A program made the position numbers and the translations under genes. 64,000 bases of DNA from Tricharina praecox (Eukaryota): NCBI RefSeq assembly GCF_024521635.1, contig NW_026250403.1:1798001-1862000 (forward strand), written 5' to 3'. The notes beneath the pieces were generated by a model, which saw nothing but the letters and a program-made list of their open reading frames with translations, was not told where the DNA came from and made no database searches. This document shows, piece by piece, positions 47,975 through 61,300 of the stretch; within the stretch, counting starts at the first letter, position 1, and every line of letters begins with the position of its first letter.

Positions 47975-49203
47975 TCAACTCCGTAAAAAAACCAGGCTTC
48001 TAGGTAGCCAACCATTATACCCTCCCCCCGCCTTGACAGCGGGCATTTCCCCCTCCTCCATGGCAGTAATGCTCATCGCAATCCTTTTCGCCATCTCCGC
48101 CTGTTCCTCAAGGGGGATCGGATTCTTAATATCCTTGTAGCCCCTCTTCCTACCATACGCCCACTCTCCGCAGCCATCGTCATCATCATCAAGCAAGCCG
48201 GAGTCTTCCGTCGTCCACCACGGATTGCCGACCTGGCCCTCGGGTTTCGAGGCTTTGGGCTTCCAGTAGTAGTCGTCGCGGTAAACCATCCACCGCAGGT
48301 GCGCTGGGATGGTGAGCGTGTCGAAGAATGAGTCTGGGCGGGTGATGCGGGTGGTGGGCTTAAGTACGAAGGCTGCGGACTTTAGCTAAGGAATATGGGT
48401 GGGCAGGAGCGGGAGGCATACGGTTTTTGGGCGGGGCGGAATCCGAGCGCATAAGCATTGCGAGCTGTCTCGCGGGGCGGAACGCCTGGTAGTTCTGTGG
48501 GGCGGCCTGCGCAGCGTCCACCTCGCGAGCGAGAATCTGGCGACGGGCGTTGTAGCGGCGGACCGGGGCGCTGGTAGCGACGCCTGCAACGACAGGGAGT
48601 AGCTGGGTGCGCACTCGCTTCTTTAGCGGCATGTAGCTCGGGTTCGCATCCGGGCTGCTAGACGGTGGGGTAACGACCGGCGAGTTAGTCGGTTCGGAGC
48701 TCTTCCCCAACGGCGGTGGCGGCGTCGAAACCACCTTGTTGCCAGCGCGCTTCCGCTTGTTCCTCACGCCCTTGCCCTCGAACGTCTCACCGGCCATGAT
48801 GCGGCGCTTCGTCTCCTCCCAGTCGAGGCCGGCCTTCTTTGCGGCGGCGCAGCTGCCGACATGCATTCCCGCGAGCGTGATCGAGTCGATGTGTGTGGTC
48901 CCGCAGACGCACAGGTTGCGCCGCGGCGCGAATTTGTGGTGCGACTCTGTGTGCCGCAGCAGTGCGGCGCGGTCGCTATTCATGTGATCGCAGTTCTTCC
49001 AGAAGCACAGGTCCGATAGGTAGGAGGGCGGTATGTGCGCGCTCTGCATGTGGAGCTGTGAATGGGCGGTTAGGCGGCAAGTGAATCGAGAGACTGAAGG
49101 ATGGACTCACCTGCAGCTGCTCGAACCAGTCGAAGACTTCGTTGCAATCGCGCCAGTGGCAGAAGGTCTTCCGAGGCGGCTTGGGGAGGATGTGGCGCTG
49201 CAT
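47975..49203 (-). CDS. C2H2 zinc-finger protein; introns 49056-49110 and 48373-48421
   Basis: CHWRDCNEVFDWFEQLQ|LHMQSAH and CFWKNCDHMNSDRAALLRHTESHH; the second intron (GTATGC..GCTAAA..CAG) joins to PFVLKPTTRITRPDSFFD...WMVYRDDYYW. Confidence 0.72.
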
Positions 49204-49708
49204 GATGATTTTGGTGATGTTGGTGATGGTGACGATGTTGGTAATGCTAGTGATGCGGGTGATACTAGTGAGTTTGGTGATGTTGAGTTTGGTGATGATG
49301 TTTGCTGACTGTCGTGAGGTAAGGTGTTGAGTCAGGATGAGCGTTGAGCAGCTGCAGGAGGACAAAGAGGGTTTGATTGTTTGAAGGCCGTTGTCACTTC
49401 AGAAGCGAAGTTTCCCGACGCCCCACCGTTCAACTCTTTGCTTCTTGTTTCCCCAGTCATCTCGTGTGACAACACGATAATCTCGACTTGGAACGTTACG
49501 AGAACCTAACCCTTACCTGGAGTGATATCTAATGAACCACACCTCACGATCACTCGGCTCGCCTTCACCGTTCAATTCGAGCGAGGCTCGACTTCACTTC
49601 AATCTTGTTGGATGACTTTTTCTCTAATTCAACCTCGTCGAGCCGGTCGCGAGATGATCATCACTCTACGTATTACTACCGCAACATTCACGCCCGCCGA
49701 CTCCCACG

Positions 49709-50965
49709 ATGTGTTTACCTTCAGCGGGCGACAAGCTGTCTAGTCTTCAGACCATCAACCAAAACGGACAGCTAACTAGCGGCGCTGCCAGAGGAGCCAC
49801 CAAGAAGAAGCGGTGGTCAAAAAAGCTACTTCCGTCGCTGTCGGAACCTGCACCTCCACCAGCACACGGCAGTAGGCGCATTTCCGTCAGCAACGCTCGA
49901 ATGCCCGCTGAAAACTCACCTCCACCAGCACACGGCAGCAGGCGCAAATCCGGCAGCAGGCGCAAATCCGCCAACAGCGCTCAAATGCCCACCGAAAACC
50001 CACCTCCACCAGCACACGGTAGCAGGCGCAAATCCGGCAGCAGGCGCAAATCCGCCAACAGCGCTCAAATGCCCACCGAAAACCCACCTCCACCAGCACA
50101 CGGTAGCAGGCGCAAATCCGGCAGCAGCTCCCGAATCCCCGCTGGAAACCCACCTCCACCAGCACACGGCAGCAGGCGGAAGACCACCAACAGCGCTCCA
50201 ATCCCCGCGGAAACCATCCCCCACGCCGTAACCGCCACAATCATGTCGCCCTCCAACCAACACATGCAGAACCCACCCCCTCGGTCTTCCGTTCGGCTGC
50301 CGTTCACCAGCGCCTCACCTCCTCTACCGGAGACGCCGTTCTCGACCAGCACGCGCGACTCCATCAAGACGCCAGACAAGACACCCAACACGCCGTGGCT
50401 GGGGCCCGCCTCGAGCATGCCTCCGCCACCGCCCGCGCACGGCAGCCGCCGCATCATCTCCGGCATGCGCGCGCCCAACGCACCGCCGAACGCACCACCG
50501 CATCACGTCGAGAACCAGCCGCCGCTTGCGAAGTGCTTCAAGGTGATCAACCGCATCACGACCAATCCCCAGCCTGGCAAGAGGAGGCCGAGTGATGAGG
50601 TCCTCGAAATGCAGCTTACCGTGCTAAAGAGGGAGTATCTCGGGTTTGCGGGTAGGGAGAAGGAGGCGATCGGTAGGCTTAACGCCTTGCATGCCTTTGG
50701 TGAGCAGGCGGACCAGGCGGAGCGTGACAGGTGCAGCCGCGAGGTCAAGGTTTGCTGGGAGTGGAGGAAGGAGTGGAAGAAGCGCATCGATGAGTTGGAG
50801 GCCAGGCTCGACAATAGGAATGCGAAGGCGCAGAAGAGGATGGCGGGGATTTGGAGCACCGATGAGGAAGAACCAAGCACGCCGGACGAGACGGCGGCAG
50901 TGGAAGATGCCATGCTCTCACTCGAGCTGGGAGAACGTCTTCCGAAGGGGGGGGATGAGTCTTGA
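49709..50965 (+). CDS. Hypothetical protein with tandem PPPAHGSRRK repeats and C-terminal coiled coil (start uncertain; first ATG at 49901)
   Basis: 418-codon open frame; C-terminus WEWRKEWKKRIDELEARL. Confidence 0.65.
   Translation: MCLPSAGDKLSSLQTINQNGQLTSGAARGATKKKRWSKKLLPSLSEPAPPPAHGSRRISVSNARMPAENSPPPAHGSRRKSGSRRKSANSAQMPTENPPPPAHGSRRKSGSRRKSANSAQMPTENPPPPAHGSRRKSGSSSRIPAGNPPPPAHGSRRKTTNSAPIPAETIPHAVTATIMSPSNQHMQNPPPRSSVRLPFTSASPPLPETPFSTSTRDSIKTPDKTPNTPWLGPASSMPPPPPAHGSRRIISGMRAPNAPPNAPPHHVENQPPLAKCFKVINRITTNPQPGKRRPSDEVLEMQLTVLKREYLGFAGREKEAIGRLNALHAFGEQADQAERDRCSREVKVCWEWRKEWKKRIDELEARLDNRNAKAQKRMAGIWSTDEEEPSTPDETAAVEDAMLSLELGERLPKGGDES
49845..50200 (+). repeat. Coding minisatellite, about five 63-81 bp units (ccacctccaccagcacacggcagcaggcgcaaatcc...)
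   Basis: Direct reading; a sixth degenerate unit lies near 50425. Confidence 0.9.
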
Positions 50966-51771
50966 TGAGAGAGGTAGCAATGGGGCGGGCTGGAACATGT
51001 AGCGTGCTCCATATAACACTGTGCCACTTACTAGTGCTGTAGGATACGGGGGCTGAAAGAGGGGCACTCGTGCTATTGTGTTGGTTGGCTGCTTAATAAA
51101 ACCTCCATCTTCGGCAAAGTTACAGCTTTCGTATGTAGCTCTTCGCTTCAGCTGAATACTCTGCCCTCGTCACACTCACTCCGACCAAGGCCGTCCTCGT
51201 CACGCTCCAACTAAAGCCCGCCCTCGTCACACAGTACCCAATCCCTTCTTTGTGACACGATACACTCACCACGTAGCCCCCCAAATTCCTCAGCCGCACT
51301 GCTGTCTCACTTGTGCGACACTGATGATTGGTGCAACGAGCGAACAGTGCCCGTCGCACAACCTTAAGTTCGCCCACTCTGTGCCTGCAAGGCCAGCGAG
51401 ATCCATCTGCCATTGGATGACGGAGGCGATTCAGAAGCGCTGTGTGTCACGTGGGTTCTAGGCCCCCGTCGTACATAAGTGTAACTTCGTTTGTTGTGTG
51501 CTACCCAATCCGCTACAGCCGTGGATGATGAGTCGATTCTGTACGTGTGCAACTGTTGGGAGGAGAAGGCTGTGTGTGTGTGTGCCTCAGTGAAGTGCAG
51601 TGTAGAGATTGGCAGATAAGTGGTGCCCTGGGGATATGGATTACTACATAAACCCCCGGGATACGCTCCTCAGTTGGATGCTCTGATCGATACCGCCCAG
51701 GGTCCTTCGTTCCTGACACGATCTCATCCCTTCTTGCCCGCTTTCAGCTTTTTTTGCCTCGCACACAGAAA

Positions 51772-52980
51772 ATGTGAGCCGCCCTTCCTACCCCTCTCCA
51801 AGCGGATTGAAACTGACAATGAATCCACAGGCACGGCCTACGAAGTCTTTCGGCGTTCACCCTACTCACTCCCGTACTCGCCCAATCCTGCTCTTCCCCG
51901 AACGCCACCTTCGGAGCTGGTGGCGGCCGCAAGATCGCCCTGGTAATCGACAGCTCTGGCTCGAACGACTGGACGGACCCAGAGGACCTCCGCATAACCG
52001 CCGCGCAGGCCTTCACCTACCGCCTCACGGCATCCAGCGAAGCCAAATCTGGCGGCCACGGTGCAGCAGACCTCCTCGCCGTGATCGATTTCGACGACAC
52101 CAGCAAAGTCGCCTACCCCCTCGGCGACCCGGGAAACGCCGCATTCGACACGATCAATGCCTTCGGCGGCACCTTCATCTCTGGCGGCGTGGACCTAGGC
52201 CTGGCCGAACTACAGCGCGACGGCAGTCCTCTCGGCAACCGCACCGGCATGATCGTGCTCACGGACGGCGAGGACGCCTACCTGGAGACGCTGATCCTAT
52301 CACTGAACAACGCGACCGCCCTCGGCGTGCGCATCAGCTTCGGCTTCCTGCAGACACCGGGCAGCCCCGTCACTCCCCCCGCGGGGCTCGTATCCGCGAT
52401 CCTCGCCACGGGCGGAACCTTCTCCACGATCGACTCCGCCGCGGCACAGCAGTACTTCATCGACCTGATCATCGCGAACGGGCCGACGCCCGTCGACGTC
52501 GGCGGCGGCGCCACAGGCCCCAACGGCGAAACGTCGATTCTCCCCGGCCTTGCCGTCGCCCACAAGCTCGCGCGGGACCCAGGCGTATACACGTACAACG
52601 CCGTCGCTGGCGAGCGCCTCAACTTCACGGTGCAGAGCCTTACTAACCAGTCGCTTGCTGTGGCACTGAGCGGCCATGGAGGTGCCGATCTGCTCACTGC
52701 CACCGAGGGCCCGTCGTGGATCGCGAATGTCCTCTTCACGCCCGCGAGCGATACCGCGTTGAAGTTGACGGTAGGACTGGCCGCTAATGGGACCGGAGAG
52801 ATCAATGGAACTTATACAGTCGGGCTGAATTCCAGCCTGGCGGTCTTGAACTGCACCGTCGGGGCAAATAAGACGAAGACGAGCGGTGCGTCCAGGGCAG
52901 TGGGAGAGGTGACCGGGACGGTGGGGTTGACGGTGGCGATGTTGAGTGCGTTGTGGGTGGTTGTCGGGGCGGTATTCTAG
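51772..52980 (+). CDS. Secreted, probably GPI-anchored von Willebrand factor A domain protein; intron 51774-51830 splits the ATG
   Basis: AT|G CAC GGC gives signal peptide MHGLRSLSAFTLLTPVLA; MIDAS motif IALVIDSSGS, GGTFISGG, IVLTDGED; hydrophobic C-terminus. Confidence 0.85.
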
Positions 52981-53735
52981 GGCAGAGCGGTATTAGGGCC
53001 GGGGGGGTAGACAGTAGGATCGTGTGGCATGTGCTAGATGGGCAAACCTCGAAGGCGAAGTCTTTGGATATGTGGATATGGACAGTGACGTTTTATGATC
53101 GTGCGGTGGCTTAATTAATGTATGTACTCGATGGGTTCGAAGGAACGAACAAAAGGATTTTTATTGTAATATTCTCATGATCCACGCGAGCAGATCACGG
53201 AGATGGGTCGGGCGTATGTAACTTGTCCCAATCCTGTCTTCCTGCCATGCGTACAATGGGCCCGTGTGGGGTTTACTCAAGTCTCAATAGAGGAAATACA
53301 TACTCATGCACATCATCGGTACGCTTACGTATGGCAATAGCACTCGTGCCCTATCATTGAGGTACCTGCGTCTTTAGTGTCACTGAATATCACTCGGTAC
53401 TCTCCGTTCGAGGATACTCCGGAAATTTCCATTCAGCGGTGTGGGAGATGGGAGTAGCGGGGAGAGCAGCAGGGTAGGTCTGGGGATGTTCCGTGAGAAC
53501 TACCTACGGGGCAGTTTCCTCGGTGCGCTACCAGTGTATGTAAGAGTGGGACGCTCTTGTACAATATCGTCGAGTACTGTGATTATCTTGTTTTCCTTTG
53601 GTTTTATTGTATGGCAAAGTTATTATCTGTACTGCAATTTTCGTGAAGAATTTATTTCATGATAGTTCCTCGTGATGCTTCACGATTCAATTCTATTCTC
53701 CTCTCCTACATATTCCTATGCCACACCATCTAATC

Positions 53736-54488
53736 CTACGCCTTCACGCCAAAAACCCCATCCTTCCCAGCCGCCTTAATTTCCTTCATAGCCTTGACAC
53801 TGTCCCTCTCGCTCAGGCGCTCATACCAGGCCCTGACGGCCGAGAACCTCTCATCGCTCTTCCACGCGCCGCCGCCCATAGTCGGCCAGTCCAGCACGAT
53901 GAGCCACGTGACGAACGACAGATCAGCATAGCTGACCCTGTTCTCGACGAGGTACTCCTTGTCCGTGAGGACATCGTTGAGCACGCCGAGCACGCGGTCG
54001 ATCTCCTTATCGTAGCGCTCGATGGCCGACGGGATCGTCTCCGCGTGGAAGTTCTTGAACCACGCCGCCTGGCCTGTTTGTTTGTTTGTTGTTAGCCACA
54101 CACTCTCCCCCGGCACCGCAAAAGATAGTTACGTACCGAAATATGGTCCCTGCCCGCTCATCTGGAACATGAGCCACTGCTTGGCGGTAGCATTACTCTC
54201 GAACTTTGCGAAAGCCAGCTTTGAGTCCGCGCCGGCGTCGTATTTCTCGACCAGGTACAGGATGATCGCGCCGGACTCCCACACGACGAAGTCGTTGTTG
54301 CTGTGGTCCACCAGCGTCGGCATGCGCCCGTTCGGGTTCAGAGCCGTGTAGGGCGCTTTCTTTTGGTCGCCCGACTTGGTGTCCACCGTGATCGTGCGGT
54401 ATGAGAGACCGAGCTCCTCGAGGATGATGATCACTTTCCACGGGTTCGGGCCGCTGTGGATGTAGATGCTGAATTGGGGGGTGGCCAT
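53736..54488 (-). CDS. Glutathione S-transferase (Ure2p-like class); intron 54074-54136
   Basis: GPNPWKVIIILEELGL, LNPNGRMPTLVD, WESGAIILYL, QWLMFQMSGQGPYFG|QAAWF, SYADLSFVTW. Confidence 0.95.
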
Positions 54489-57400
54489 TGTGGAGGTGGT
54501 TTTGGTTTTTGGTCGGGTTTTGGTGGGGATGGGGGTGTTATGGATGATGCTGCTGTTGATGTTGTTGTTGATGCTGTCGATGGTGTGATGGCGAGTGAAA
54601 TCACAACATCGAGGGGAATGGACGGGTTTATTTTATATCCTCCTCCACTGTCCCCTCCGCCGTACGTCCCCCACGCAATTCCCCCGCCATCCCACCCATC
54701 CCACCCATCCTATCCCATTCACATCCATCCCGTCCCGTCCAGCCCCACTAGGTACCCCGTAACCCCGCAGCACGCCTTGACGGCATGGTTTCCCCGTATG
54801 TACGTATTGCCGAAACCCAGCCACGCATCCGCCGGCACGACGATCACTGGTGACTGAACCATAACTAGCATGATCCATCGGCCAACATCTAATCGATCCG
54901 TGCGCCCCACGACGGATGAGCTCCGGCGATTTGAAATCACTTTCTGCGTGGACGGATGTATGTATAACGCTAGTTATGCACGGCGGCGCGTGCCTGCAGA
55001 TCATGATGGCTCGGTTAACTCCGGCTGGCAGGGACTGTGCTACATACGGACCCTGGAGTCTGCACACAAATACATATCACGGCTTCGAAAGCATTCGCAT
55101 GCCAAGATCCACCCTCGAGATGTCTCATCTGATTACTTCTGGTTAGTTAGAGCAATATCTTCACCGGTGGGGTCCATACCGCCGGGCATTTGTCATCGCT
55201 GTAGTTACTGCGGACTTAAACGGGGGTGACCAATCACGCCGACCCGACCGGACGAAGTTGAACTCCGATGCAGTGCCGTTCGAACTCCGATGCAGTGCCG
55301 GAATCATTACCGATCACGGATTAGAAATTTGGTCCCGTATTCAGGTCCGCGGAAATGCGGGTGAGTGTAGACTGTAGGATTACTGGGACTGGGAGGCGGA
55401 GGTGAGGAGAGAGGAGCCAGGATCACTCCTGCCGTTGAATGTCCCTCCCCGCACCCTCCTTCATGGCAATGATGGTATCTCTGATGAAGAGGTAGGATGC
55501 AAGGTGGAATAAGGAACAGAAGCTGTTTTTTCCTAATGTTTTTTCCTTAGTGCGCTCCGCTTTTATCGTTGGGACGGGCCGGCGCGCAGGATAGGGAAAG
55601 CCACATATATTGGGCCGTTCGATGAAAGTCGAGTTGGACTGTGGCGTGGAAACGGGGGGACGCCATACGGGCAGATATCGCCATAATCTAGCAATGTCAC
55701 ATGCAATCGATGATTAAACAAAAATAAAAAAAGACTACGGTATTACTATTAGGTGCGAGGCCTACCTGCATACGTGGGGAGCCCATGAATCGGTGTACGG
55801 TATGCATGGGTACACGAGACGGTCATTGTTCCGTGAAACGTTCCGTCGGTTTCGCCGACATTCTGCAGGATTTCATCGGAGCAGAGGACTCCATACTAGA
55901 GGGAACGACGGAATTAACTTTGGCGGGAGGAACATGCTAGTTGGTAGAAGTATAGAGGACAATCGAACTGCGTGCAAGCTGTGGACTGGTTTCGGTTGGT
56001 TTTGACCGACAGGTGCCTGGTGGAATAGTTGGTCCGGTCCATTTATATCTCCACCAGTTAAGCTTTTGAAACTTGAAACAGCCATAGATACCGGAGTAGG
56101 AGCTCCGAGATCGTGAGGGCTTGAGTAATGAGTTGTATGCACGATTGGCGCCTGCTTTTGTTTTTCTCACATGCCACCATTCCGCATGAAATCAATTCAT
56201 GACGTCTCCGAGAAGCCCTACATACCTCCGTTTACCAGGTGTTGGATGATGCTTGCCCGTTGGAATCCCTCTAGTTATTCCTCCCTCTCCTTATCCCTCC
56301 CCTGAGAATCTCAACGATGGTCCATACCGGTAGCTGACACTCGCCAATTGCAATCTCATATGTACACGAAATTCGAATCAGGACGAGTGCTCCGCTGTTA
56401 GTGAGATAATTCAGATGGAAAAGCCAGACACCGTACCACAAAAAAATTGAGAAATGACTATGAGGATGCTCGCTCTCCAGTCAACGGTTGTAGGGGGAAG
56501 CAAGCGAAGTCGAAAGCGGAGGGGATTTTAACCCTCAGACATAGGAATGATGAAGGAGTATCATAACAATCCGGAGTTCTTCGATCCGGTCGTAAATCAT
56601 AGTTGGCCGTTCTGTGATGCCTGGCGGATGGATAAATGGCTGAGGTTCTCTACTTTTCCAGCAGCGCGCTTGTCTCTTGGTTGAGGATTCTCTTCGGTTA
56701 ATTGAGGAATGCTAATCGACTTTTCCCTCTAGTTGCGGCTGGCCATTGGCCTCAACTGATCATTCCGTGCGGTAATGGAGGTAACCGAGCGAGATTGCTG
56801 GCCACAGACGGAAAGTGAAGTTTGACAGCATCAGCAAATGATAAATCTACACATCGCAGTTCCTAGGGCAGTGGGTATGTTAATAGTCACGTCACTTTCT
56901 TGCTGCTCCTGCGTCGACGATCGTGAACAGCACTTGCGGCTCGTTCTTCCCCTACAGCTGACGGTGATCTGAGATCTTATGATACATGTATGTATGCACT
57001 CGGGAGGCGCGACTCGGCGCGTACGATACGGACCACGCTAGTCCTACACACGCCACAGAATCCTCACCAGCCAGATAAGTAGAGTACCCAGGAATAGTAC
57101 CGCCAGAGCCCGGTCGTACGGTAGGAAGTCTCAGACAACAGGCACATGCATGCTCAGGCACCCAGTTACCTACTTGGGTATTTACCGCCTGTCTGCTGCC
57201 TGGTGGGAATCGTTTTCGGTCTGTTGGCGTTAGGCGCAAATCACCAACAGTCGGAAAAAGTTTAGCGGTTGTAGCCGATAGGCGGGGATTCAACCGCTGA
57301 GACACAGTCTACAGTGCGGGTGCTGCTACGACAAGGCGATAAGCTCATCTAAGGGGTACATACTGTTTACGCGCTTACGAGGTGCGGATTTATTTGCCGA

Positions 57401-58364
57401 ACACCTACTGGTAGTACAAGGTGAGGCGAAATCTACCAAGGGGATATTGCTATTATCCACGCCCAACCATCGTTGCTACACCGTGAACACCTGTCTTGGT
57501 TGAGCTGGTGATGCATTCACAGTGCGTCGTTACTCAATCATCGTAGAAAACTATGCGCCTATCGTCAACGATAGTGCTGGTACAGTCTTAACCTTCATTG
57601 TTCTCTCTCCCTGGTTCTGTACAGTAAGTAAGAAGGCACCACGAATTCCAAACAACCCTTTCTAATCTCGGAAAGTGTGCAAATATCTTAAGCGGTGCCC
57701 AAGGCTTCTTCTCCGCTCTGCAGAGGTCCAAAGATGCCTCGCCGGTGAGTTTATACCCTTTGTTATTATTGGTTCCGTATCATCTTGTGTGCTTTCCCGA
57801 TGATGGAAAATGGGTCGACACGACAACTCGCCCATCTGGCTATGAATGAGATTCAAACTGGCGGGCGCTACTATTGCATTTTTCTGCCTGAGTTACCGCC
57901 GCTGTAAGGGACCTTTAGTATCTACTCTGCTGCCGCCGCGCTAGATCTGTGCTGCCGAGGGAGGGGCATCCTGGCGCTAGCGCTTGACCGGTTAAGCTTC
58001 GCTGGTTAGCTCTCCGTTCGGTCTGCATCGCCGCACTACCTATTTCGGTGCGCTCCTATATGCGGTGGGCGAAAACAGCTGTGACTGGAAGTAGGAGAAT
58101 GAGGCAAAGACGAGACATTCCATATATGTTCGTACACCTATAGATATATTGAAGCCCTTCTGCTGCTGTTTCGACTCGATTCATTCCTTCATTCTGTCTA
58201 CTATTATTTTCTTTGTATATGCTTTTTTACCGTTGACCGGTTTCTGTGTTACTTTCTCAGCATTCGTTCTTTTTTGCCTTGTCGCTCGCACAGCACAGCA
58301 CCTATTCCATTTAATCTACGGCAGGTCCGTTTTTGTCATTTCTTCTACTCCAGGACTTGAAAGG

Positions 58365-61300
58365 ATGGCGTCCCAGACTGGTTCTGCTACTCCGGCCTCC
58401 TCTTCCCGGAAGAACTCGTTGCCCTCCCTCTTCTCCGTAGCCGTCACGAAGCGCCTCAGCAATCGCCTCACGAAGCCCAACCGGTCCCGCAAGTCCCTCC
58501 TCGCCTCGGCCGTACATACGCCGACCTCGTCCAGCGCCGAGTCAAAAACCAAGGCCCTTCAATCCTCAGTCTCCTCCAATGTCATCGAGCTACCCCCAGC
58601 CCACCGATACCGTAGCTTCGGCGAGATCCTCTCCTCGTCGGGCAGATCCATCGCCTCCGTCCTCCCCAGCCGCACACCCCGCATCAATGGCCTCGCCATC
58701 GCCAGCCCCCAAATCTCCAGCCTCTCGACGGCGATCGGGATCGAAGGGCCGCTGCCCAAGACCGATTCGCTGCGCGAGGGCGCGGTTCTCGGCGGTGACG
58801 TAGCACTATTCGGCAGCGGCATCCCAGCCAAGATCTACAAGCTTCTCGGGACCGCCCATCTCGGCGGCGTCAAGGAGCTCGTGCAGCTCACCGGCGATGT
58901 TGCGTTGAAGGAGCTGCTTCCGGGCTTCGCGGGGGAGATCATGCTGGCCGATGTCAGCCTCGTCTACCGCGCCGAGATCGCGGGGCAGGAGGCAGGCGTG
59001 TGGTTAAGGGCTTCGACTCGCTTCGAGGGCGCCCTGGAAGGCGTCGGTAATGCGGCCTGTGCGGTTTTTGGGCTCAAGACCGCCCGCGCGGATGTGAGCG
59101 GGTATTTGGGCCAGGAGAGGGATTGGAAAAAGCCGTTGAGGCCAAAGAGGTTTAGTATGCAGAGCGTGTTGGGTGGTGATACGCAGGTGGATCGGAGGAT
59201 CTGCTTTAACAAGATTGGCGTTGAGGTCTCCGGAGCGCGGGATGGGAGGCGGACGGCGTATGATGTCTTGATTCATATGTTTGGGGAGGTGCTTTTGACC
59301 TTGCCCGGCAGTGGTCAGCATCTGAAGATGGAGTGGACCATGAAGGAGGAGACGCCTGGAATGCTCACGTTGAAGGTCGACAAGTGCAAAGAGGAGGTCG
59401 TGGGTATGGTTGGGTACAAGGGATTGAGGGTACGTGTGTCGATTGGGAGTGGGCGATTCGTGATGCTAACGGAAAATAGATCTCGGACCTTCGGTTGGTT
59501 GCCAGTTTTTCTGTCGCAAAGCCCATCCAGGAGATCACCTTCGATTTCGAGGCAACGATGGCTTTCGGTAACGGAACGCTACTCTTCAAGGGTGTCTACA
59601 GCGAAAGCGAATTCTGGGTGGAGGCAAAAGTGCCTAAGTGCACTCTTGTGGACATCCAAGCGCTGTACACATCCATGACTGGGCGAGAGTTGGAACCGTT
59701 CGATCACTCGGTTGAACTTGAAGACATCGCTTGCCGCATTGACGCCAACGGGCTACAGTTCCGGGGTCAGATCACAGTTGACGGCCATCGGTCAGTATCG
59801 GGTACGATATCGATTAAGAGGGACGGTGTGGCTATCACTGGAGTCCTGCAGAACATCAAGCTAGGTCACGTTACCGTCGAGAAAGCTGCCCTGGACATTT
59901 TTCTCGGAAGGCCGACCAAGAACGAGACTTCTAGGGAGAGCGGCTTCGCCATCACCGGGAAAGTATCCTTCCATGATATCGATATCGACGTTGCTGTATA
60001 CCTCACTGTCACTGAGCATCAAGGTGTTCAATGGACGGTATACGGCGAACTTACCGGGAATGTGATGAGATTGCAACGGCTTGCTCCGGAGGTTAAAGAT
60101 ACCTGGTTGGATCTCGAGCTGAAACAGATGGCTTTCATCGCCAGCAATATCGATTCCCCACAAGGCGACTACAATGACTTTGATTATCCTATCCGGTCGG
60201 GTGTCCAGTTCTGCGCAACCATCGAACCTGTCCAGCCGCTGAACCATGTCACGAAAACCAACGTTCGCGAACTCGCCCTCCATGCAGTTTGGAGTCCAGA
60301 CACCGGTTTCAACTTTGGATTGATCCTCCCTACCCCAATCGGCATCCATCTGACCAAGAAAATCACCTCCGGTCCAGTATCAGTCGAGATTGGCTTGTCC
60401 CCAATGCCACATATTCAGGTTACAGCCGAACTCAACGTGACCCCAACGAGACAAAGCCAGCCTCTAGTCTTCAGATTCGGGCTCAAGGCAGATATAATCG
60501 GGGCCCAGGGATTCGGAGAGATGAACAACTACTGGGTCAACCCTTTGGGCATCAGCGAGAAGGTGAAAATCGGGCCGACAATCGCGCTCGAGCTTGGAAT
60601 TAATTACGCCACCCTCGCAGCCACCGGTACACCCTCATTCATTGGCTTCTCTGCGGGAATGGCCATCGGAGATGTGGAAGCGCAGGTTGCCATGGCGATC
60701 TCGGAGAATCCGGGGGATGAACTGATCAAGGCCAGCCTAACTAAGCTATCGGTCCAGGACTTGGTCAAATTTGCTTCCGAGATCTCTGGGCAGGAACTCG
60801 CGCTGCCGCCGCAAGACTTACTCGGCTTCAGGGATGTATTGCTATACCTTTCGACAGGAGTTACGATCGGGACAACACATTATCCTAGCGGGGCGACAAT
60901 GAAGGGAGAGATGGATTTGTTTGGCCAGTCTACCGACCTCGAGTGTACGATCGGTGCCACCACCAGGATAGCGGCGCAGTTCGGGGAGCTCGAAGTCGGG
61001 CCGCTTATTGTTAGTGGCTCAAACGGCGGTGGTCCTAGTGCAGTCATCGAACTCGGCGTGTCGAAGCAACACATCCTCATCGATGGTGCTGTCAAGATTA
61101 TGGATCTTGAAGCATCAGTTCGCTTCGTCTGTGATATTCTACCGAGTCCTGGGATGGAATTATCCCTCCGCCTCGCATTTGCCGACGCACTCGAGATCAA
61201 CCTAGACGCGAAATTGATTGGCATAGCAGATTTCAAGAACCTCTCAGGAGCAGACTTCATGGTGCATGCGGTCGTAGAACAGGATATCCTACAGTACTTG

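Noticed and set aside
49845-50200. CRISPR-like repeat-spacer appearance
   Set aside because: The units, including the apparent spacers, are near-identical, in frame and coding; the genome is eukaryotic and has no cas genes here.
33000-51000. Starship or other giant mobile element
   Set aside because: No tyrosine-recombinase captain, transposase or boundary repeats were recognised in the window.
55260-55300. ~20-bp direct duplication gaactccgatgcagtgccg
   Set aside because: An isolated local tandem duplication with no element ends.
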